From the NCBI GenBank assembly GCA_004764695.1, contig SMSO01000025.1, positions 4,008,862 through 4,072,861 of the forward strand: DNA of 64,000 nucleotides, in the 5' to 3' direction. Under the pieces are notes generated by a model that was not told where the DNA came from, made no database searches, and saw only the letters and a program-made list of their open reading frames with translations. Below are positions 27,245 through 40,041 of this stretch, one piece after another; position 1 is the first letter of the stretch; every line of letters begins with the position of its first letter. Both the position numbers and the translations under genes were made by a program. This DNA is from Schizochytrium sp. TIO01. Lineage: Eukaryota; Protista; Bigyra: Labyrinthulomycetes.

Positions 27245-27483
27245 TATTGCATATTAGCTTGTGTAGTAGAGTGTACATAGGTAGTCTGACAAGAAAATAG
27301 CGAACTCAGATGAAGTAATGAAGTGAAGCATGTTGACGAAGGTGAAAGTAAAAAGGATGAGACTTGGTTCTTGAGGTTCTAGGATGAATGTACCATGTCG
27401 AGGCAAAGAGTGTCGGGCTGTAGAGTTAGGTTAGTTTAAGTTGAGGTAGGGTAAGGCACCTAGCTGAACATTACTTCGAAATA
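27245..27483 (+). mobile_element. Degenerate copy of the short dispersed TATTG...CAATA element
   Basis: TATTGCATATTAGCTT..AGGTAGTCTGACAAG..CGAACTCAG..GTTAGGTTAG..CACCTAGCTG..ATTACTTCG. No clean target-site duplication. Confidence 0.6.
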
Positions 27484-27870
27484 GGATATAATTTTTATTT
27501 TAGTCTATGTAGTATTACACAATAGAACATATATAAGTAGCAAGCTCTGACCAAAAGCTTTCGCATTCCAACCACTGTAGGACGCTGTAATGAGTCTGCC
27601 AGGTTCTTCTGCTTATTTATACCCTCACAAAGTGGTTTCCTCCTTCACTTTGTTAAGCCATATATTCAGATCTACTACTAGCAATAAATCGACGGACTCT
27701 TATACAGAGAGCCATATATTTGCCACAAGTTGACCCAACCAATCTCCAAAAGGCAAAAGGCTACAGCTCTGCAATTTATTATTCAAAGTGCTTGTAGAAT
27801 CAAACAGAGGAACGACACGCAAAGTGATGAGGAGAATTCAACCATGCATATGTGCTTGCTCAAAACGTAC

Positions 27871-29190
27871 ACCAAGATTTCTGATCCTGTATTAATCCGC
27901 AATGCCTGTGCAAGAGCACATCCGCCGCTCGAAGTAATCCCATTGTACGATAAATAGGTTTGCAAATAGTTTGCGCATTTTCCCATGCCAAAAATTGAAT
28001 AGAGTCATCTATGCGCCTTGTAAAGACTTCAACGAGGCGTTTTCTGCCAAGGCTTTTGCAAGCTCATTGGTGTCTTCGTTGCCGATATTGTTCCATGATA
28101 TACTAATAAATAAAGAGCGGCATATAGAGATTAGTCTTGGGTTAGTCAGGTGGAAAACCCAAAATCCCTTCACGGTAAAACTTACTCAAGGTTGAGCAGA
28201 GATCTATCTAGTTTAAAAGCTCCTGCAATGACTTCTGCGTCCCTGGGCCCAAGCTCATCTCGGGAAAGGCTGCATGATGAACACATCAAAGACCATACAT
28301 GGGCTACTGTTAGTGATCCGTAGAATAACAAGGGGGCATCAAGTACTTACTTTAAATCTATCAAGACTGAATTGAACTGTATGACTTCAGCAATCTTGAT
28401 TGCTGATTCGGCCCCAAGCTCGTTGCTCCAAACACTGTTTTGAAAAGTAAGTAAAGGGCTATTGCACATTTCACGCTGGAGTTGAACTTACGCGAAAGAC
28501 TGCAGCGTTGTATTATCACGCAATGCATTTGCAAGTGCGACTGCACTTTCAGCACAGATAGGGTCATCTGCAATGCTGAAAGTGGTAGAGTAAGCGCATA
28601 TATTTCATAGGGCAAGTGAGTAGCCAATTTGAGGAATGAGGATCTTTGAATATACGATCGCCTTCTGCTTACCTCAGGGATTTCAATGAAGTATTCACTC
28701 GCAAGACATCAGCAACTGCGCATAAGCTACGTAGGCTGATTCGTTGGTCCATAATCTAAGAAAGACTATATCAATACACGTTGATTATCACTTGGTTAGC
28801 TGTCGCACAGTACTGAGACACCTTAAGAGGGAACTCACTGTAGTGTTTCCAGGGAGGTGTTCGCATTTAGGGTATTTGCAAGCACACGCCCGCCTTCTGG
28901 ACCCATACTGTTATGGGAGATAGCTCTCAGTTGTTGTGCAGCAACAAGAATGAGATTACTGCTGTTTCTCAAGATACCAATTCCAATCCAGTTTAGCTAA
29001 TCTGATGCTCAGCAAGTTTTTCCAATTTTCGAGATGGAATTTTATTTAGGTCCCGTTTTTTATTACACGTCAAAAAATTAATTACATCAGATGACTTCAA
29101 CTGAGTATATGGTATTTCCATCCTTGCATATAATATGTCATTCCAGACATGTACCCTCAGTGAAAGCAACCGAGAACGCGGGCGGAACAT
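27871..29190 (-). pseudogene. LRR multi-exon pseudogene (at least 7 RI-type LRR exons)
   Basis: LRR exons at about 28839-28922, 28673-28755 (83 nt, frameshift), 28492-28575, 28351-28434, 28186-28269, 28019-28102 (donor lost) and 27871-27954 (acceptor lost). The putative first exon has a stop codon. Confidence 0.75.
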
Positions 29191-29921
29191 GATTCATAGT
29201 ATAAACTTCTATTTTGAAGAACATACTACTCCAAGCTTGGATGGCTGCGTGCTATCCCAAATGCAAAGATTTCCATACTGACCCATTACTAGTGTACCTA
29301 CATTATACTTTATATGAGCATCCAGACTTGGACGGGTGTACTTCACACCTTTAAGAGTATACTAGTAATATGGTTACCTGTACCTCTAGAGGTATCTACT
29401 ACTAGTAGTGCAAGCTCGCTAGATCGCAGGTTTCAGATAAAACCCGCTGCAGCATATTAAAAACCGACTGAGGACAAGTGTGCCACCTAACCAAAAGCTG
29501 CTCACCATATTATTTTCTCCATATTCCTTGCCCCGTGCTTGTTTTATTTTGTACCAAGACATGTATGTTGCTCAGTGCTAGGCGAGTTCTTTTACCTGCG
29601 GTGATAATGCGTCAAGACCCTTATGTACCCCCTCTTCTGAAAAGCTTATCTTATTAGTAATATCCCATCCAAGCTTGGATAGGTGCAACACACAACTATA
29701 TGCAGGTTAGTTTGGTAGGAGCTACATTAATTTTAATAATAAATAAAGTATTCAGCCTCTAGAGCCCTTGTTTTTTAAAGGAGAAAAGGAGAGAGAGTGA
29801 GAAAAGTGTCCTCAGAGCGTCGGTGAAGGCATTGTAGAATGACATCTATCCATTAAAATAAATCAAAAACCCCAATCCGCTTCGAATTAATATTAGGGTA
29901 TATAATATCCCTTTATTAAGG

Positions 29922-29940
29922 TCTTCTTTCTTCTTTTTTT

Positions 29941-29992
<52 letters not shown>

Positions 29993-29993
29993 T
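29922..29993. repeat. (TTTC)n microsatellite
   Basis: Directly visible in the sequence. Confidence 0.95.
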
Positions 29994-30653
29994 CATTCAC
30001 AAACTCGATATCAGAATCCCCGCGGTTACCCTAGGGTCAACGTACTCTGAGCGCTTCGATTTGCCTCGATCCTCATTCTCTGCCAAGGATCACGAATTTT
30101 TTAGCACTCTTAAAGTAGAAAAGAAACCTATATAGTAGCATAATTAATACACTTTTTAACTTACTTCTGACATTGATTAAAAACAATCATATACATTCAA
30201 GTTTATTTCTTGCTTTATATTCATATATAACTAATATGTATGATACAGGATATTAAAAAATAAAATTTGAAAAAATAAAATTTGAAAAAAGCTCAGAGGT
30301 GACATAAAGGTGCTAGTATTAATACGTAGGTATCTAGGTACCTTCATTAAATACTACTTTTCTTTAGAAATTAAAAATAACCAATGTTAACACTTCTATA
30401 GGTATCATCTAGAGGAAGGTAAACTAAGATGTATACTAGTAGGAAAACTCATAGGTAGGCCCAACAAAATAGAAAGAACTGGCAGCAAATCCCAAACAGA
30501 GTCCTCAGGCAGACTTTCTCAGACGCGCACCGTCTCGGCCAACGACGACTGAACTGTGCACGAACGCAAGCACTGCAAATAGTCGGCTCCCGAAGGACTA
30601 ACAACAACGCCCGCATCTGCGATTGCAAGGTTTCCAAAGCAGCGTCAGAAACA

Positions 30654-32929
30654 ATATCACAAGCCCGTATTCAACAAGCCATAGACGGCCTTCAGCACGG
30701 TTACAACGAGCTCCAGTACGTTCAGGGCCCAGCGTTATTGCGAACTAGGCCTTAAACAGGTTGAAAGCTAATTTGTGCACTACATATGACTAACTTAGTG
30801 ACTGTTTCGAGCTAACTGTGCAGGTTGCAAAACTTAGATATCACGGATGAGGATATTCATAATATCATTCCTGCGATTACATCAAGCCGTGCGGTCAAGT
30901 CCATAAAGTAAGTCTCTGCCAATGAATAACTTATTACGAAGGCAAATGATCTTCTTACGAGGCATTGACTCACATCTCATTATACACTTTGTTGTCTTAA
31001 TTAGCTTGTCAGGTAATCGCATCACTGATGCTGGCGCAGCAAGCCTCTGCAATGCCCTGCGTTCAAACGCAGAGGCTTTCTTTGAGGTAATCAAGTAAGT
31101 CTATTGTACCTACCAACTGACTACTACATTTACAAAACCTAACAACAAATAATGATCGGATGAGTATAGCCTTAATAACAACATGATTGGTGATGCTGGT
31201 CTGCAATCTATAAGATCTGTTATTCCGCAACTGATGTTTCTAACAGAACTCCAGTACGTTCCTTCTATTGTCTTCGTAAAACTCATATGAACAGCTGCAG
31301 CTAACCAGGATATATTAAATGTAATTAATGATCTGCTTCAAAAAGACTGAATGGAAACAAGTACTCTGAAAGCGCAGCCCGAGAGCTGATTGACAGTATT
31401 GAGGAACATGGGATCTCACTGAGAACTGTCATGTAAGTTGAGCGCTTAGCCTATCCAACATTCGAATCTCAAACTAACCTGTGCAAGAATTGCGAGCGAG
31501 TCATAGACTAGATCTTGATCGTGTCAATCAGGATTTACAACAACGTTTAGAATCAATTGTTCAGTTGAATTGTTACAGGAACAACAGCGAAGATGTTGTT
31601 GGGGAACGCATCAAACTATTACAAATTAGACAAATGCTGCGAGGACAAACGTGCGCTCTCGCATCGAAACCAGGAGAAACGTCGGGACGTACGCGTACGT
31701 GCGTAATCTGTCTTACACAATCAGATGACTCTTGCACTCTGACATGTTGTCGAGGCCATCGCACATGCGGGGACTGCGTTGGACATGCTTTACGTGTTGC
31801 AAACCAGCCTGGTACACATGTTGAGTTTGACCTCCATGGCAGCATGCGCTGTTTGGGAGAAATGTGTCAGGAGAGACTACCAAAGAGTAGAATTGTCATG
31901 GTGTTGCCTCGTGAGAATCTGTTGACTTTCATAGATCTGACTGTATCTCTTGCCGTTGACGATGCAGAACAGCGCTCGCATGCCTTGCAAAGACAAACTT
32001 TTGATGAGGTTCGAAGATCCCATGCGACTACCCTCAGATTAGCCGAACAATTACGTCACGATATAATACCTCATACAAGATTTCCGGCGCGACGTGGTGA
32101 CGGTAGATACGACCATGGGGATGCACTTGCCATGCCCATGCCTTTTGGTGACGGTAGATACGACCATGAGGATGGACTTGCCATGCATTCTGGCATAGAA
32201 GCGCGTCTTATGCATACGAACGAACGTGACAGAACAAACAACCACTATTGCAGATATCAACAAGATCGCCGCAACATTACTTTGGAAGATCAACAGCCCT
32301 CCACTCTGGATGAACATGTCCATTACATCGAGAATCGTATACTTTGCATATTTTGTCCTCGATGCGGACTTGTTTTCGATGAATTCTCCGGGTGTCCTGC
32401 CATTACATGTGTGTGCGGTTGTAAGTTTTGTGCCTGGTGTCTCAAAATTCCAGACAGTCCTATTCATATGCACACGAGAATGTGCGGCGATCGGCACTCT
32501 ACACGTCGAGATAATATGCTTGGTATGTTCGATACCATTCAGGAAGAACGTGAAATGGTCAAGGCTGCCTGGCAGAGGCTTCGTGCAAATCGCTTGCGCA
32601 ACTACTGGGAATCAGGTGTTTCCGAGAGCATTCGGGGCAGTCTCTTTGAGAGGATTACTCCACTGCTCACAGAAGATCTCGTGGGACCTAATTTCAGCTT
32701 TTCTCAACCTCTGTCTTTGTTCGATGGCGCTCAAGCTTCACAGCCAGCTGAATCCCTCTTTTCTGCAGGTACTCAACCTGCTACTGATACAGTAGCTGGC
32801 GCCAGTGCTTCTTCTCGCATTGCTGAAGCTGCTCTGCGTCGTAGATCTGCGCGTCTAGCTGCCCTCCGTCGACTTCAGAATAGCAATAGCAGTAATGATT
32901 CATCTCAGAGGAAGGGTGGAGAACTTTGA
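30654..32929 (+). CDS. LRR - RING - Rcat/RING2-like protein, about 609 aa; start codon unresolved
   Basis: Exons ~30654-30715, 30824-30907, 31005-31094, 31170-31253, 31346-31432 and 31507-32929, all phase 2. LRR: LSGNRITDAGAASLCNALRSN. RING: CVIC..CCRGHRTCGDC..CLGEMC. Rcat-like: CPRC..DEFSGCPAITCVCGCKFCAWC..HMHTRMC. The C-terminus is homologous to that of the 22513-26945 protein (AWQ.LRA.RLR.YW...PLLT.D.VG..F). Confidence 0.8.
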
Positions 32930-33846
32930 AGTGATCTTATTTGTCACTTTTGTTTTCATTCAAGGCAATCCTTTGAGTCATGAGGTGACCATCTAAAGTT
33001 AAAACACTGGCGACATCCATGCATTGGTATTGCTGTAGACCTAGACAAGATTTTATAGAGATTACATATTATGTTTGCTACTTTTAAGTTCTTGAAATGA
33101 GAAAAGAAAACGACCTACGTATACTGCAGGAACAGAAAATAGAGTGAAACGAAAAGTAGCAAGGTATTCCAAATTCAAACACTGGCCTCCCCCTCCGTAT
33201 TCGTTGAACATTTAGACTAAACTCATGTCTATAACCCCTATAAAACTAGGTCGGCACTTGGAGAAGCGTGGTTCTTTTTTGTAGTGTTTCTTTCAGAGTT
33301 GCTACTAGAAATTTAAATTTAACTTCCTCGTAATGACTCTCTCCAAAATAAACATCAGATCATCGAGTTTGTGAATTCGATGTTGAGAGTTATTCCATGG
33401 AACTATAAGCTAGCTCTTTATTTAGTATAAAGGGAGTTCAGACTTGGCCAGTAGAATTCCCACTCGGAGACCGAGAAGTGGTGAGTTAAATTTGATGCTA
33501 CCACTTCGGTCAAATCTTCAGAAATCATAATAAACTCTTTTCCAAAACTTATTTAAAGAAGCTAGAGCTCGAATTGCTGGGAGAACTCGCCATTCCTAAT
33601 TCCTGATATTCTGGTGTATTTTCCTCCTCTATTTGATCAATTTATCAATATGTTGTAAATAAAGATCAAGGAGGTGAGCAGAGTAGTTCATCATCAGGAA
33701 GAATCATTTTTTCTCGAGCCAGCAGCCTTGTACACTTCAAATCACGAGGGGACTGTGGTCAAAATATTATTTGGACACCTCTGGCGCAGTGTAATTTCTC
33801 AGAATAGGGAGGATGTGGCTTGGCCATGGGTTGAGGGTAAGCCATA

Positions 33847-34254
33847 TTATAGGGTCTTCTTGAAAGTCTGGACCAGGCTGGTGTTCGAAATTGAAACTCT
33901 GTAATAGCTTGACAAGGGCTTGAGTTCAAGATTGGCTGCTAAGCTTCGCCCGGTGCAATTTCGCGCACCAAGACTGAAAGGTAAGAATGCAAAGTGCCGA
34001 CCGAGCACAGCAACTTCAGTTTTGAGTGGCAAGTTATCCTTCTCGAGACGAGAAATCCATCTTTCTGGAACAAATTCGTTAGCGCGATCATACATGGCTG
34101 GATCACGTTGAGTAAGGTTAGGAAATACAACCACTTCGACACCCTTGGGAATTTCATAGCCCCCAATATTGATATCTTCCAAGGGATGACGTGTAAATGC
34201 TGCTCCGCATGACTTCAATGAGCACAGAGTATCTTGCATCTGTGAAAGGAACAA
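33847..34254 (-). pseudogene. Cytochrome P450 C-terminal fragment
   Basis: IGGYEIPKG, RDP, FVPERW and the heme-binding motif FLPFSLGARNCTG. No intact ExxR motif or N-terminal part is visible, and similarity is lost just after the heme motif. Confidence 0.8.
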
Positions 34255-35095
34255 TGATTAGTAGGAGAGAGTCGAACTATATCGGCGAGACTCGGACACG
34301 CAAAGGAAATCATTTAAGTGAACAAGTGTCACCTTTACTTCTAGCACAGAACTGAAACACCACAACTAAAAAACAGTGTAAAAATTCATTTTTTTTTTTT
34401 TTTCTAAATGTATTTATTTAAAACTATGCGAACTAGACTAAAACAACTACTTATAACCATTAACCTATACAAGACAACTTTGGAAATTCTCAATCATGTC
34501 AGATAATTTCGTGCTTGGGAAAGAAACATGAGGCATTTCTTAAGCATGCACTCAAGATTTGTAGTATTCACAGAATAAATAATCAATTGCTCAAAAGGTC
34601 GACCAAGACAGTAAAGGACCTACAGCTTTGCATGTCTTGTCGGATTGCCTTGCAAACTCATTTTCAGGCTTGCTTAGTCCTCTTCATTCCCTGACATAGA
34701 CGCATCAGTTGACCGACGCTTCACCATGGTCTGGTCATGAAGGTGTTCCTTTGAGCCTTGCGAAGTCATGACGTAGTAATGTGTCAGTTTCTCTTTCTCA
34801 ATAGTGTCAATCTAAAACAGAAATTCATCACTTGTTAAGAAAGTTAGCCAGTGGCATATGCTTCTGTTTTGTCGAAAAAAGAGCAGACTTGCTGTTTACT
34901 GAATTTGCTGCTGCTCGAAATCAACTGGTACTTCAACACAGTAAAGCAAATTACTCCGAAGCAGAGAGCCTACGAGGAAACTTTAGGTCTTGTGATAGGC
35001 CAGGGAGACTCGAAAAAAACTACTTTTGTGTCGATTTATTAGATAATCCAATGAGAGGTCTTTAGTATAAAAACCTTAGTAACACATTCCACATC

Positions 35096-35214
35096 ACATT
35101 CGATCATACCACGCGGGTAACACCTCATCTCATTCGCACTGAGAAGTAAAGTCGCGTAGGGCCGGGTCAGTAGTATGATAGGGGACTGCATGCGAAGCCC
35201 CGGTGTTGAATGTT
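35096..35214 (+). rRNA. 5S rRNA: 5S rRNA gene
   Basis: Identical to 21125-21243 except one C/T; oligo-T terminator follows. Confidence 0.93.
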
Positions 35215-36339
35215 TTTTACCTCTTTTCCCCCCCAAACCAATCATTTTTGGTACTTTGATATAAATCACTAATAATTGAGCAGTGATATCAGTTTTCCAC
35301 ACAAAGCGGGGTTAATCTGTTCATTTTTGACATACGTACTGGTGTCGTTGGCTTACTATCAACATTCCTGAATAATAAAAATGATAGGGAATTACAAAAT
35401 TGATGTATCCTATTTTTTGCAATGCATTCTAAATTAGGCACAAAGAGATAAATAAACAAAATCACTTTGCATTAATGAATGATCTACTAGGGAAAGTCAG
35501 GGGCAGCAGTTGCATTCTCTGTAAAGCACGTTTGCAGAAACAAATGAAAACTACGCATAAAAATATCGGTAAATTGAATAGAAGATTCACAGGAAAAGGT
35601 CACACTTGCTTTTAAAAGGGCTCCTGCTTACCACAACTCTCAATCGCGAGATGTATATTGTTCATTTCAAACGCCATTCGCTGGCCCGAGAATTCATTTT
35701 TCATCTTCTTCGTTTGCCCTGGTGGCGGACTCTCAAGGTAACAGTGCAGTAGTTGTAAGTTGAAGATACCCTTCAGCAAATTTAAGGAAATTTAATCTTC
35801 AGAAGCTTCCCTGAAGACATCCATCAATTACTACAGTTCGAAACAAAGGCAGGTACCAGGGGCCCTGGCTTCAATCTACAGCCCCCTAAATTGATCTGGG
35901 AGTCTGGAGGAGCAACTCTAGCCACAACGTGATGTACTATATTCTGCTTTTTATTTTATTGGTACTTTAGCATATATCTGCTACAAGGAACGTATTAACT
36001 AGCCCAATAAAGCAAAGCCATAACATAACAATATAATACAACGTTGTAATTGTTGCAATAGGACAATGCCAAAATATACTAGAGCTGATTGCTTTTCGTG
36101 CACAGTGCGAAAGACACTGAGATTATTACACTCTATCACTATATGAAGCACTAGCGTATACATATGAACCAATTAGATGCACTCTACGTAATTCATGCCT
36201 GCTTTAAGCATTTGCAATGGTGACTGCGGTGATTGTTTGTGTAGTGAAAGGTATTACACCATGAAGGAACCAAAATCAAAAACCTTATTTTCAAAAGTCT
36301 CTCATTGCTATTATCCAGGCCAAAACATGCAAAGCATAA

Positions 36340-36567
36340 TATTGCAGAGTAGCCTGAGCTGTGAAGCGTGGAGAGGTAGTCTGACAAGGATGACGAACTC
36401 AGGAGAAAGAGAAAGAGGATGATATATGAGTTATCGGGGTTTCAGGTCTGGATACAGGCAGGAATGAATGTATGATGTCAGTCCGGTACACAGGATGTGT
36501 CGGACATGAGGGCTTGGTTAGGTTAGGTTAGGTTAGGTTTAGACAGTAGCTGTATATTACTTCAATA
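36340..36567 (+). mobile_element. Short dispersed element (solo-LTR- or MITE-like), with CATAA target-site duplication and an internal TTAGG x4
   Basis: CATAA|TATTGCAG...TACTTCAATA|CATAA; homologous to 54567-54740 and 59627-59818. Confidence 0.8.
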
Positions 36568-39500
36568 CATAAGAACAAAAATTTCACAGCCCCCAGGTCT
36601 GACACCACTCGATATGGTGATTACTTGATTTTTTGCCACCCACGAAGTCGCCCGTGTTTGCGAAGAATTGTTTATTACTTTAGTCAGCAGCAAATTTCAC
36701 AAACCCATAACCAAGAGCAATACTGGGGTTGACCAAGCTTGTGAATCGGCATCGATTACTTTCTCCAGAGAACATGCATTTGCCTTGATGGCAGACCGGA
36801 GGCCTTGCTTGTCAAAGGGACGATGGACACGAGCAGGAGCCTCGTCGAAGTCTCACAGAGCCAAAGTTGCTGCGATCTGATGTCACAGCATCGTTCGTTT
36901 GGTGGCCAAGCAGAGGGAACCAGACGCTACGTAGCCTTCAAGCGCAGGTAGTGGGCCCAGCAACTTTGCTAAGGCCAAGCGAACCACCCAGTATGCTCCA
37001 CCTGCGCACGGCCGGAACGCCTAGAGCAGTTCTCTATGATTTGATTCAAGTTCTGATGCTTTTCCTTTTGATCTTCCCACAGAAATGAAAACACAGACTA
37101 TAGTTTAATCTATTTAGAACATTATTTGAAGAATTGTTTAACTAGGACTAACAGAACCTTAGCGTGGAAAATAGAACTTGCAATTCTACTGTTGAGAACT
37201 ATGATTGCAAGCAACTACTTTACCTACACTAACGTCAGAGCAAGATCTTGTACGTTTTGATCGCCCAGCATCTTTTACTATTCTTCTCTAAGCTAGAGAG
37301 GGGCTCTCTTCTTTTCTTTCGAAGCTGTACGATTACTGCAAACTTTGAAGTATTTAAGCTATGCATATTAAATGCAGTGAATAATAAGTGCCTTCTCCCG
37401 AGCACATCACTGTCAAAGATTAGGTTGCAAATCATTCGATAGCTGCTTCTTTATATATTTTATGGTGTGATCTCACAAAATGCGTTTTTTTTTTTTTCTT
37501 TGTGAGCTCCTCTTTGTGGCATCTCCAGATTAACAAATGACCATTCTTAGCCATGGAAAAGGCTAGTTACAAAATAAGCACATTGGTAATTCTTTGTGCA
37601 ATTCCTTATTGCACTGTTTTCCCCTTCAAATCAGGTTTTCTATTTCAATTTTATCGAAAAGCAAAAGGTAATTTGATGTGCAGGCACGAAGCGTACTTAC
37701 CGCGCATTTGACTAGTATTTCCGGTTGCCAGAAGACTTGCTTCGAAATAGCTGCAGCATATTGTATTTCGAACATTCTGGAATCTATTATAAATATTTTG
37801 AACCTGCATCGGAGGAGGGGTGGGGGGATAGCTGGAAAGCAGGTACAGTGTCTAAAATGAAAATTAACTCTAGCGTCATCGATATTCACTCCATTTTAAA
37901 CACCTATTCTCTGTTATAGTTAGCTTTTCACACTAAGATAGAAGAAAAAAGAGGCATTTTTACCTGTCTCATGGTAGAACGGGAACAGAACCCGCTTGAT
38001 ATACATGAACCAAAGCTACCCACATAAAAACTGGAAGGAGACCAAGATCCGAAAATCCTCCTTCTATATGGGTTCTGTCGCTTGCAGCAAGCTCCATGAT
38101 ATCGTTTTTAATAAATATTCTAATCCATACAAGGCATGCTGTTGAATTCTGCTATTACACTGGAAAACCTTTGTATAAAGTACTTGATTGTTGATTCAGA
38201 GTCTTGTGAAAATTTGTATTACTTGCCTTCATCGGACGTACATCACTTGAGAAAAATTTAAATTGAGCTTGCCTCCAGCAAAAGCAACCCTATTTTATTT
38301 ATTTTTAGCAAGCCTCAGCAAAACGAAAGCTTGACTTTGTTGTGGTTGCCCAAAACATTCGCGAAATGGCCCCGATGATGTTTTTGATAGATGAGGTCAT
38401 ACAAAAAGTCTACTCTCTAAGGAAGCACAATTTTAATTGTACAACAGAGCCCACCCGTCGAACAAATCTACATCATCACCCGAGTGTTCTGCGCATGGAT
38501 CTTTGAAAGACAAACGTGATTCCTAGAAAGACATGCTGCAGCAAACAACGTTGAACAGCTTTACGACCATTTGAAATGCTTCACGAGCTAAAAATTATTT
38601 GTTTCGGAAAGTTTACACATCAATGATTCATTTGGATTGAGCTTATAAACAGCAAGTCAGCTTGTCACATGTCTAAGCAGCTGCGCCTATACTATTGTGC
38701 AACCCTTGATCTGAAGATGCTCTATTTTGTGAAACCGCAAAACTGTTAAGACTATTTAAGTCTGGAAGATCTCATTCAGGCTACATCAATAATTTCTGTC
38801 AATATAAAATTTTGCCATTGCAAATACTTTCACACCTTTTAACTTTTTTTTTTTTTTTTTTTAAATAATAATTAAATAAAAATAGGAATGTTTTAAAATT
38901 GAAAATAAAAATAAAATTGTTTTGTTTTAGTTAAACTTCTATTTTAGGTTTAAAATATTTGATTTTCAAAACAAAACGTTTAATTTAAAATTAAAATTTA
39001 AAAATGAATTCTTTGTGTTTTGATTGTTTTGACAAAAACGTACCTTGTACTACTTTTAAACCGCATCCATTCCAAAGTTGTCAGATCTGCTACTGATAGT
39101 GAAAAGTAAAACATCTCTTGTAGATACGTTTGGTTGTAAAGAAATGTTAAGTTTTTTTTTATTACTTTCATTTTCTAAAAATCAGTTTATTCCTTTTATT
39201 TTAATAAATATATTTTAATTAAAAATTATAATTTTAACATTTCTTTGTTTTCATTTACAGGAAAGGGGGTATTAAAACTTTGAATAAACCTTTAAATGAA
39301 AAACTTTATTATTTTTTTAAAGAACGTTCATCATTGCCCAGCGGCTCCCTTCTCAAGGCCAATGTACCTTGTAGGTAAACTAAGTTTTTAGCTAAAATGT
39401 GCACCAAGCTTTTCATCCTTGTGCATATTATTTTTGCAAATATGTTAATTTGATTTTGCTTAAAGTGACTGAAAAAAAAATCATATCAACACTTCATTAC

Positions 39501-39967
39501 CGCATTGTATGTGCGAATCTAATCTTGAGGGACAACTTGATACTCTACTTTCTTGACACTATTGCCTCTAAAACTTCTTTTAACTTTGCCATCGCTCTAA
39601 ATAGGCATTTATTCTCAAACCCGAGATTTTACTTTCATCGCATTTAACTTTGCTGCATATTTTGGTTGCGATACATTTGACGATCGCGAGGACAGCTGCC
39701 AAACTCCCCGCGAAAGTATTTTTCGTGACATTCCGATGATCCTTTTTGTCTTGCATTAACTGAATCTATGAAAGCTTAAGTAGAAATGGTATTATATTGG
39801 AACGTGGATTTATAGATGAGTTGTGAACAGTTAGAAAGTCTTCTGAATAGTGATTTAAACTTTTCAGCTTTTCTCTTTTGTGGAATAACGTTCCCAAGGG
39901 TCAGGATAAAGCGTCAGGAAAAACATATTTTTGACAGCAGCAAGTCTCACTCTCAACTTAGCAAGTC

Positions 39968-40041
39968 GTCTCCGTGGCCAAGTTGGATAAGGTGCCTGAC
40001 TACGAATCAGGAGATCGTGGGTTCAAGTCCCGCCGGAGATT
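39968..40041 (+). tRNA. trnR-ACG: tRNA-Arg(ACG)
   Basis: GTCTCCG/CGGAGAT acceptor stem, CCTGA-CTACGAA-TCAGG anticodon arm, GGTTCAAGTCC T-loop and a downstream T run. Confidence 0.92.

Noticed and set aside
33425-33500. Possible tRNA-like sequence
   Set aside because: I could not build a cloverleaf or find intact A and B boxes.
36600-39400. Decayed coding-like and very AT-rich sequence, possibly a transposon or viral (mirusvirus) relic
   Set aside because: No identifiable protein motif or termini by eye; a translated search would be needed.
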